A DNA stretch of 64,000 nucleotides, taken from contig DATJUJ010000021.1 in NCBI GenBank assembly GCA_035502475.1, positions 5,098-69,097 on the forward strand, read 5' to 3'. Under the pieces are notes generated by a model. It had not been told where the DNA came from. It searched no databases and worked only from the letters and a program-made list of their open reading frames with translations. Positions 39,691 to 48,300 of this stretch are shown in pieces (positions within the stretch are counted from its first letter, which is position 1; every line of letters begins with the position of its first letter). Source of the DNA: Thermoplasmata archaeon (lineage in GTDB: Archaea > Thermoplasmatota > Thermoplasmata > Lutacidiplasmatales > UBA184). The position numbers were made by a program, and so were the translations under genes.

Positions 39691-40155
39691 GTGAAGGGGT
39701 TCGTGATCCCCCCGGTCAAGGCGCGCAGCGGCCACATCCTCCTGGATCCGAAGCGGTCGTACAAGGACCTCATTCGAGTCTATCCCGAGATCCACAAACG
39801 GGTCGTCGAGATGAACCGGCCGTTCGTCAAGGAGTCCGACCCGCTGCTCCCCGAGGTGCTCCTCGAGGAGAATCTCCGCGACCTGCGGGGCGACCGCAAG
39901 CCGGCCGGCTACAACCGGCAGGACCCGTTCGGGCTCCGACTGATCTTCCCGATCGTCGACGAGAAGCGGGCGGAGTTCTACTTCACGAAGCCCGCGCGCT
40001 GCCAGGAGGTCGTGCAGATCACGGAGCAGGTATCGACGATGCTGCGGCGCCGGGGCATCAAGCACACCGTCGAGTACGACCGCCTCCCGCTCGGGCCGCC
40101 CCGGGGCCTGCCGGGGATCTTGCCGCCCGGCGCGGCGGGCTACGCGCCCTCGTAA
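39691..40155 (+). CDS. hypothetical protein
   Basis: 154 aa, host-like codon usage, globular composition; no motif recognised. Confidence 0.7.
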   Translation: MKGFVIPPVKARSGHILLDPKRSYKDLIRVYPEIHKRVVEMNRPFVKESDPLLPEVLLEENLRDLRGDRKPAGYNRQDPFGLRLIFPIVDEKRAEFYFTKPARCQEVVQITEQVSTMLRRRGIKHTVEYDRLPLGPPRGLPGILPPGAAGYAPS

Positions 40156-40162
40156 CGACCGC

Positions 40163-43100
40163 TCACGGTTCGGTCGGGGGCCGACGGAACGGCCACAGCG
40201 CACTCGTGGCCGGGGCGGGCGCCGGAGTGGCGGCGGCCGCCTCGGTCGGCGGCACCGCGCCCTCCTCCTGCAGCTTCCGGAGGGCTTCCCGCGCCTTGGC
40301 GAGCGCCTGCGCATAGTCCTGGTCGCGCAGCCGGATCGACTCGGAGAGGAGCTGGCGCGCCTCGGTGGTGTCGAGGCGTCGCTCGTGGGCCCGGGCGAGC
40401 GCGGCGTCGATGAGGTAGTGGAGGTTCATGAGCTCGCGATGGAGCGACTTCCTCAGCGCGAGATCCTCCTCGGCCGCGAGCAGCTGCCGCGCCGCCTCGA
40501 GGAGGTGCGCGTTCCGCTGGAGCTCCTCGATCTCGCGGAGGCGGTCGCGGATCGGCCCCACGCTGACGTGGAGGCCCTCCTGGGCGAACGTCACCTCGCT
40601 CTGGAGCTCCTTCGCCCGTCGCTCGAACGGATCCTGGACCGCGGGCTTGAGCGCCTCGAGCGCCTTCGCGAAGAGGCGGTCGGCCTCGTCGAGGCGGAAC
40701 GCGTCGAGCGCGCTCTTCGCCTCGCTGAACGTCTGCATCATCGGCGTCGTGTCGACGCCGAGCCGCTCCCCGACCCAGAGGCGATCCTTCACGTCGCCCG
40801 CGGTCGCCTCGATCGCCTCGCGCCGCTGCCGCCGGGCGAGGTCGAGCTCCGAGCGCACGAGGGCCAGGGCGGCGCCATACTCCTTGCGCTCCCGCAGGGC
40901 CCGGACGTCCTGCTGGACCGCCTCGCGGCGCTGCCCTTCGGCGGGGCTGGACGGCCGGCCCCGTTCGAACTCGGTGACGACCTCGCGCCACCGGCCGTCG
41001 AGGACGGCCTCGAAGACCCGTCGGCTCGAGGACTCGGCGCGCTCGACCGCTTCCCGGACCTGGGCCCACTCGCGGGCGCGGAGCGCGGCCTCGGCCTGGC
41101 CGAGGACCGCTTCGACGGGGTCGATCTCGGGACCGAGTCCTTCCTTGCGGGCCGCCTCGAGGAGTCCCCGGAGCTCGCCGAGCGGCCGGGCGAACAGGCG
41201 CTCGATCGCCCATCGGCCCCGTTCGACCGCCTCACGGGCCGCCCGCACGGCCACGGAGTACTGACCCTTCTCGACCGCCTCGCGGGCCTCGGCGAACCGG
41301 GCGCCCGCCTCGATCACCTCGGCGCCCATCGAGGCCGCCTCGGCGATCTGCGCCTCGGCCGACGCGAGCGCGTCGCGCGCGCGGCGGTGGCCCTCGCGCG
41401 CGGCCTGCAGCGTCTCGGACGCGGCGATCGCCCGCTCGAGCACTTCGGGATACTGGCGCTGCTGGAAGGCGGTCCGCGCCGCGCCGAACTCGTCCTGGGC
41501 GGTGGTCGCGACCACGCCGTCGGCCCGGGCCCGGGCGATCGATCGCTCGGTCGCCTCGAGGGACCCTTCCGCGAGCCGCCGCTGGAGATCGGCGCGCTCG
41601 AGCTCGGACTCGCTGCGGCCCGCCAGCTGGAGCGCCTCGACCGGGCGACCCTCGTCGAGCGCCATCCGGGCCTGGTGGAGGAGGTTCTCGGCGACGGCCG
41701 TCTCCCCGCCCTCGCGGTGGAGGCGCGTCACCGTCGCCTGGAAGTGGGCGAGCGTCTTCGAGACGTGCTGGTAGGTGACCTGCGAGAACTCCCGCTCGAG
41801 GGGGCCCCCGATCTCGATCACGCGGGCGTACTGCCGCGCCGCGAGCGCCTGCTCGACCCGCTCCATCTGGGCGCGCAGCCCGCCGATGTCGACGTGGAGG
41901 AGGTCGGCCTCCGCGAGCGCCTCGCGGGCGCGCTTCGCGATCCGTTCGGCGTGCTCCACGAACCCGCGGGTCGAGATGAACTCGGTGCGGGCCGTGTCGA
42001 GGAGGCTCGCCGCGCCCGCGGGCACGGGCAGCGCGACGCGGCGGCGGGCCTCGCTGAGCGGACCGAGGATCTTCTCCACGTCCACCCCGGCGGCCCGGGC
42101 GATGTCGAGGTCCCGTTCGAGCCCCCGCAGGTTCTCGTCCAGGATCGGTCGGAGGAAGCCGATCAGCTCCTCATGCAGGATGCGGGCGCCGGTGACCGTC
42201 GCGTCGACCGGGGCGGTCGCGAGTTCCGTCTTGAGCGACTCGAACCGGGCGGCGAACGGCTCCATCGGGGCCGACAGCCGACGGCCGTCCTCGAGGAGAC
42301 GACCCAAGTCGCCCATCAGCCGTTCGACCTCGAGATGCGCTTGAGCGTCCCGGAGCCGGAGCGCGATGGCGTCGATCTGCGTGCGCGCGCCGTCGAGGTC
42401 CAGGGCCTGGAAGGCGAGCCGCACGTTCCGCAGCGGCTCGTAGTACGGGCCCGGGTCGCCGCCCGCGTCGCGCAGGCGCGCCAACAGATCCTGCGCCTGG
42501 TTGATCCCTTCGAGCACGGTCTGCGCGTTCGCCCGGGTCCGAACCGCCTGCTCCTCGAGCCGCGAGGAGAGCTTGTACGCCTCGGGGTATCGGCTCGCGC
42601 GCGCCGCGGCCTGCGCCTCATCGAGCTGCACGCGGAACTTCGCGAGATCGAGGCCCATCGTCTCGAGCTCCACGAGCGACAGCTTCGCGTGCGAGACGGC
42701 CTCCTCGCTGCGCAGGAGCTGCTGCTGCTGGGCGCGCGTCCGAATCTCCTGCGAGGCCCGGGACGCCTTCACGAAGTCGCCCATGTTGAAGATCTGCTGC
42801 ACCTCGTCGATCTGGCGCTGGATCTCGTCGCTCGCGCCGCCCATCGACTCCAAGATGCGCCCCTCGTCCTCGAGCATCTCCACGAGGGCGGAGGCGTGCG
42901 TCGCGAAGACCGAGGCGAAGTCCCGCTCGGCGCGCTTCAGGCTGTCGATCGCCCCGGGGAGGTCGCCCTTGACGCGCAGCGTCACGTCCGCGTCCGCGAG
43001 GGACCGCCGCACCGGCGCCGTGAGCGTCTCGTCGGGGATGTCGGCGAACCCCTGCTCCATCTCCTCGATCCGGCGGGCCATGTAGGGGGCCGCGGACTTG

Positions 43101-44701
43101 CGGAGCTCGACCTCGGCCCGGGCGATCTCTTCGGCTCCGCCGGCGAAGTCCCCCTTGTCGAGCAACTGGCGCGCCGCGCCCAGCGCCCGCTCGGCCTCGT
43201 CGGGCAGGAACCCGCGCTCGCGAGCGTACTCCTTCACCTTGTCGAGGGCGCCCCAGCGCTGGACGAAGAACTGGAACGCCTCGCGGCCGACCTGCAGGAC
43301 GAGCTCGTGGAGCGCGGACCGGGCGGCGCCCACGTCCGCGTGCTCGACGAGGCCGCGGGCCTTGGCGATCGCCGCATCGAACGGCTCGGACGAGAAGCCC
43401 GTGAGCCGGAAGCGCGCCAGCAGCTCGTCGAGCGCGGTGAGCTCGTCCTGGACGGTCTCCAGGTCCTCGGTCAGCTGGGCGACCCGGTCGAGCGCTTCCT
43501 GGCTCGCCGCGAGCGCTTCGGAGTAGATCTTGAGCCGCAGGGCCTCGCGGGCCCGGTTCATCGCCGCGAAGACATCACTCGGGTCCCGGCCGAGCCGCCG
43601 GGCCTCGGTGATGCGCGGACGGACCTCGTCGAGGAGGCCCGCGACGACCGCGACGATCGGCTCCTCCGCGACCCGCCGGGTCTCGGAGACGAGCGAGGCG
43701 ATCTCGAGCGGTGGAAGCGTCGGGAGGCGGGCGATCGCTTCCTCGACCGCCTGCTTCGCGGGGCCGGCGTCGACCCCGAACTCGGGGGTCACCGTGAGGG
43801 TCGTGCGCAGGGCTTCCAGTACCTGGCCGGCGCGGTCCCGCAGCGTCTCGCCGACTTCGGTGTTCGCGACCTCGAGCGCGCTCACCGTCTCAGGCCACTG
43901 CTCGGGATCCGCCTCGTTGTCGGCGCGGAGGGCGGCCTCGAGCTTCGACGGGGAGACCGCGTGCTCCTTCGCCGCCTCGACGAGCTTCTCGGCGGTCTCC
44001 CGCGCCCGCTGCCGGCGCTGGACGGCCTCCGGGAGCTCGGTGCGCAGCAGATGGAGGATGGCGTCGTTCGCCTCGGCGAGCCGTCCCTCCTCGGCCGGCG
44101 CGCTGGCGGCATCCAGCCGACGGACGAATGCCTGCAGGGCCTCGCCCGAGAGACCGGCCCAGCGCGCGACGTCCTGGGCTCGGTCCCGGGCCTTTCGGAC
44201 GTACTCCGCCTCGGCTTTCTTGAGCCCCTCCTCGACGGCGACGAGCCGGCCGACGGTGTCGGTCCAGGCGGCGTCGGCCGCGGGGTGGCCCAGCGCCTCG
44301 AGCTCGGTCCGGAGCTCGGGCGGCACGAGCACGCCGCTGCCGGAGAGCCGGTCGATGGAGGCGATGGTCTTCTTGCGTCGGTCCTCGATCGTGGTCGGCA
44401 CCGACTTCGCGAGGTAGTCGAGGAGGGCCTTTGCCTCGGTCTCGACCGAGTCCCAGTCGGACCGTCGCGCGAGGTCCCGGACCCGTTGCGCCCGGTCGCC
44501 CGCCTCGGGCGGCAGGATGCCGAGCCGCTCGAGGAGCGCGACCCGCTCCTCAGCCTCCTTCTGGATCTGCTCGCCGGTCTGGCGCTTCTTCTTGAGCGCC
44601 TCGGCCTTTTCCTGGAGGATCCGCGTCAGCCGGGACGACGGCAGGGACCCTATGCCTCCCGGACCCGACGTGCTCCCGTCCTCCCTAAACCCGTCCCCCA
44701 C
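40163..44701 (-). CDS. very large all-helical repeat protein (about 60-70 aa repeats)
   Basis: 1512 aa; recurring A..xG[VL]D....L..A...L..g.Y..A...A pattern; no TM or nucleotide-binding motif; TATA-like TTATTAA near 44751. Confidence 0.8.
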   Translation of the reverse strand: MGDGFREDGSTSGPGGIGSLPSSRLTRILQEKAEALKKKRQTGEQIQKEAEERVALLERLGILPPEAGDRAQRVRDLARRSDWDSVETEAKALLDYLAKSVPTTIEDRRKKTIASIDRLSGSGVLVPPELRTELEALGHPAADAAWTDTVGRLVAVEEGLKKAEAEYVRKARDRAQDVARWAGLSGEALQAFVRRLDAASAPAEEGRLAEANDAILHLLRTELPEAVQRRQRARETAEKLVEAAKEHAVSPSKLEAALRADNEADPEQWPETVSALEVANTEVGETLRDRAGQVLEALRTTLTVTPEFGVDAGPAKQAVEEAIARLPTLPPLEIASLVSETRRVAEEPIVAVVAGLLDEVRPRITEARRLGRDPSDVFAAMNRAREALRLKIYSEALAASQEALDRVAQLTEDLETVQDELTALDELLARFRLTGFSSEPFDAAIAKARGLVEHADVGAARSALHELVLQVGREAFQFFVQRWGALDKVKEYARERGFLPDEAERALGAARQLLDKGDFAGGAEEIARAEVELRKSAAPYMARRIEEMEQGFADIPDETLTAPVRRSLADADVTLRVKGDLPGAIDSLKRAERDFASVFATHASALVEMLEDEGRILESMGGASDEIQRQIDEVQQIFNMGDFVKASRASQEIRTRAQQQQLLRSEEAVSHAKLSLVELETMGLDLAKFRVQLDEAQAAARASRYPEAYKLSSRLEEQAVRTRANAQTVLEGINQAQDLLARLRDAGGDPGPYYEPLRNVRLAFQALDLDGARTQIDAIALRLRDAQAHLEVERLMGDLGRLLEDGRRLSAPMEPFAARFESLKTELATAPVDATVTGARILHEELIGFLRPILDENLRGLERDLDIARAAGVDVEKILGPLSEARRRVALPVPAGAASLLDTARTEFISTRGFVEHAERIAKRAREALAEADLLHVDIGGLRAQMERVEQALAARQYARVIEIGGPLEREFSQVTYQHVSKTLAHFQATVTRLHREGGETAVAENLLHQARMALDEGRPVEALQLAGRSESELERADLQRRLAEGSLEATERSIARARADGVVATTAQDEFGAARTAFQQRQYPEVLERAIAASETLQAAREGHRRARDALASAEAQIAEAASMGAEVIEAGARFAEAREAVEKGQYSVAVRAAREAVERGRWAIERLFARPLGELRGLLEAARKEGLGPEIDPVEAVLGQAEAALRAREWAQVREAVERAESSSRRVFEAVLDGRWREVVTEFERGRPSSPAEGQRREAVQQDVRALRERKEYGAALALVRSELDLARRQRREAIEATAGDVKDRLWVGERLGVDTTPMMQTFSEAKSALDAFRLDEADRLFAKALEALKPAVQDPFERRAKELQSEVTFAQEGLHVSVGPIRDRLREIEELQRNAHLLEAARQLLAAEEDLALRKSLHRELMNLHYLIDAALARAHERRLDTTEARQLLSESIRLRDQDYAQALAKAREALRKLQEEGAVPPTEAAAATPAPAPATSALWPFRRPPTEP

Positions 44702-44808
44702 GAACGGGTACGTCCGGGGGACCGGGCACTCGTTTCATGCCCGGGCCCCTTTATTAATCACTCGTGAGCGCCGGAGGGGCTCTCGGGCCCCCCGCGGAGC
44801 GGTCCCGG

Positions 44809-45195
44809 CTACGCCCGGGAGATCTGCCGCCGACCCATGGCATCGAGGTACTGGACCTCGCCGCCCGGGGTCAGTTGGCCCTTGAGGGCGGGGTCCAGCG
44901 GCAAGGAGAACGTCTCGTACGTCTCGAGGTCCATCAGCTGGACCTCGGCGTCCGTGAGCGACAGCACCTGGGCCTGGCGCTTCCCGATCATCGGCACCTG
45001 GACCTTGTGCTTCACGGGGAAGACGACGCTCCGCTTCGAGCCGTCGAAGATCCCCACCGCGTCGATCCGGGCCTTCGCTTCGCCGTGCTTCCCGGGTTTG
45101 GACGTCTGAATGCTCAGGATGCGGCACGGTTCCTCGTCGATCAGCATGTACCGGCCCTCCTTCAGTTCGCGGACCTCCTGCTGCGTCCACGCCAT
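44809..45195 (-). CDS. eif5a: translation factor aIF-5A
   Basis: 128 aa; hypusine-site motif [13 protein letters not shown]. Confidence 0.97.
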   Translation of the reverse strand: MAWTQQEVRELKEGRYMLIDEEPCRILSIQTSKPGKHGEAKARIDAVGIFDGSKRSVVFPVKHKVQVPMIGKRQAQVLSLTDAEVQLMDLETYETFSLPLDPALKGQLTPGGEVQYLDAMGRRQISRA

Positions 45196-45344
45196 CGGGG
45201 ATACCTCGGAGGCTCGGGGAGTGTCGGGCTCGGATAACGGTTGCTGCGACCGCGGCGGCGCGCGCGCGGGAGGGCCGCACCGAAGGGGCAGGTTTATTCT
45301 CGCGCGACCGCATCTCCGGACCTCGACGCCCGCGTCGGGACCTC

Positions 45345-48300
45345 ATGGTCGACCTCTCCGAGACGTACGACCCGGCCGCTTGCGAGCGCGACGCGCAGTC
45401 GCTCTGGGCCGGTCGGAGGTTCCGCGCGCCCGACGGGACCGTCGGGGCCGGTGAGGGACCGCGCGTCTGGCAGTTCGAGGGCACGTTCGCGCCGGGCGAT
45501 CGCCCGGAGCTCGTCGCCCAGCGGGCCGTCGCCGCCGACGTCGACGCCCGCTACCTCGCGATCGCGGGACGCCGGGCGGTGGGGACCCTCCGGGGCGAGA
45601 CGTTCCGGGGCGTGAACCCGTCGCCGGAGTTCGGATCCGTGCTCGCGTCGCTGGGCATCTGGGTCGGCGGCTCCGGCGGCTTGCCGTGGGACGGGGACGA
45701 TCGGCACGACGGGGTCCAGCGCATCGTCTCGAATCTCGCGAAGGCGGGGATCTTCGTCCTGCACGACGGGCCGCTGAGGGTCTGCCCGAATTGCGCCGCC
45801 CCCCGGTCGCCCGGCCGTCTCGTGTACCGGGACGAACTGGGGCCCACGTACCTCGTGCGGTTCGCCGTGACGATCCGCGAGCGCGAGGCCCACGCGCTCG
45901 CGTGGGTGGACGCGCCCTGGCGCGTGCTGGGCACGAGCGCCCTATTGGTCCGACCGGACGCGCTGTACGTGCTCGCCCGGTACCGCCGGAAGGACGCGGA
46001 AGAGTACGTCGTCACCTCGCTCTCGTCCCTCGCGCGGCTCGAAGCGTGGATCCCCGGGGCGGAGTTCGAGGTGATCGACCAGTTCCCCGGGCGGGAGCTC
46101 CAGTCCCTGCCGTACGCCTACCCGCTGCGCCACGAGTTCCCGATGGGAGGGACGCTCGCGGCCCCCGCCGGCACGTTCCAGGGGACGACCGAGGTGAGCG
46201 ACACCGGCACCGGCATCGTGCCGCTGGTCCCGGGACACGGCGCGACCGACGCGCCGATCGCGGAGAAGCTGGGCATCCCGGGCTGGCCGCTCGTGACGCT
46301 GCGCGGTCGGATGGACATCCTCCTGCTGCACAAGTACTCGGGCCTCGACCTGAGGACCGCGGACGAGTTCGTCATCCGGGACCTCGTGGAGAGCGGGGCG
46401 ATCTTCGCCGAGCTCAAGGTCCGTCGCGGGGTCCCGCACTGCGCGATCTGCGGGACGGCGACCGTCTGGCTGCCGTGCCGGACCTGGTGCCTCGAACCGG
46501 GGCGTCTCCCTCCGCTGCTGGCGCGCGAGTACGCGCGGCTCCTACCCACCGCCCCCCGCCTCTCGCAGATCGAGGTGGCGGCGTGGCCGGTCAGCGAGTC
46601 GACCACGACGCGCGAACCGGAGGGCATCACGCTCCGCGAGTGCAATCTCTGCGAACGGCTCGCTCCCCCCGACGCCCCGCCCGTCTGCCCGTGCGGCGGG
46701 CGGACGAAGCCGGTCTCGCGGCACCTGCTCCCTTCGATCGGAGGCGCGATCGCCGGGTGGGCGCGCCGCAATCCGCTGCCGCCGTCCGACGCGATCCGGC
46801 TCTATCTCGGGGACCGTCGGCGCGCGCCCAAGCTGGTCCACCACCTGACGGCCATCGCGGGCCTCGACGGGCCGGTCGGAGAGATCGGGCTCACCCTGCT
46901 GCCCACGACCTCCGCGGAGGACCTGACCGGGCTGCTGAGCCAGTTCGGGGCCGACGCGGTCCGCGCCGCCCTCCTGCGCACCGAAGGGCTGGAGTCGCCT
47001 TCGGCCACGCTCCCCGAGCGATGCGCGGAGGAGCGCCGGCGCTTGGAGCGCTGGTGGCGTCAGGCTCGCCGCGTGCTCCAGGCCTGCGATCCCGCCATGC
47101 TGGCGGCGTTCGCCGGCCCCATGGCCGCTTCCCTGGACGGACTGGAAACGCTCGACCGGGCGTTCGTCGCGCGCTGGGAGCGCGTCCGACTCCGGGCGCT
47201 CGCGGAATTCGACCGATGGTCCGCCACCCACGCGTTCCGCGAGGTCACCCGGTTCCTCGAGACCGATCTGCCGTTCTACCTGGATCTCGTGAAAGGCCGC
47301 CTCGCGAGCCCCGGGTCCCCGCCCACCAAGCGGGCCGCGCTTCGGACGCTCGTGCACGTCCTGCGCGGTTCGACCGTGCTGCTCGCCCCGATCGTGCCGC
47401 ACACGGCCGAGGCGATCCACCGCGTGATCGTCCCCGACCGTTCGAGCCTGTTCGAGGAACCCCCGGTCGCGGTCGACCGCTCCCTGCTCGCCGACGAGAC
47501 GGCCCGGGCGTGGGAGCGCTGGCGTTCGAGCGTGCGCGCCGTGCGTCGATTCCTCGTCCGGCGGGGCCTTGCGCGGGACACGATCCTGCCCAAGGTCGTG
47601 CTCGTGCTGCCGAACGAGGAGGAGGCCGGGCGCTACCGCGGCGAGCTCCCCGTCCTTCGGGCCCTGTTGGGCGCGTCGGAGGTGGAGATCGCTTCGCCGC
47701 AGCGTCCGTGGGCCGGTCGACGCCGCGAGCTGCGGCCGGTCGACTCCGAGATCCAGCGCGTCTATCCGCAGTACGCCTCCCAGATGGTCGCGCTGCTCCG
47801 TCGCATGCCGCCCCGGCGAGCCCAGGCTTCGGTCAACGGAGATCTGTCCGTCGTGATCGGGAGCAACTCGTACCGCATCGCCCCGGAGATGGTGGGCTAC
47901 GTCGACCTCCTGCCCGACCGGGTCGTGCCCGCCCCCTGGGGGCTCGGGGAGATGTACATCGAGCTGCCGGCCGATGCGGGAGCGGGGGCCGCGAACGTCC
48001 CGCCGCTCTCCCCCGACGCGTTCTGGCTCGTCCGGCGGCTCGCGCGCCGGCTGGCCCGGGCCCCGCCGGAGCCCGAGGGGCGTAAGCGCGTCGCGATCGT
48101 CTTCGCGGCCGATCCGCTCGCCTCCGAGCTGCTGCAGAGCCGGGGTCCGATCGCCCGGTACCTGGACCTCGAAGAGCTGCGCGTCGTCACGGCCGTGGAG
48201 GAGGTGGCCCCGGCCGGGCGGAGCCGGGGCCGCACGCGTACCGGGGCCCGCTGGTGGTTCGACGTGCCGGGCGCGCCCGCGGGCCGCCGGCCCGAGAAGC

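Noticed and set aside
40163-44701. SMC/Rad50 chromosome segregation protein
   Set aside because: No Walker A/B, signature or hinge motif; it is a short-repeat helical protein.
45345-47990. Functional isoleucyl-tRNA synthetase (ileS)
   Set aside because: HIGH and KMSKS motifs are absent.
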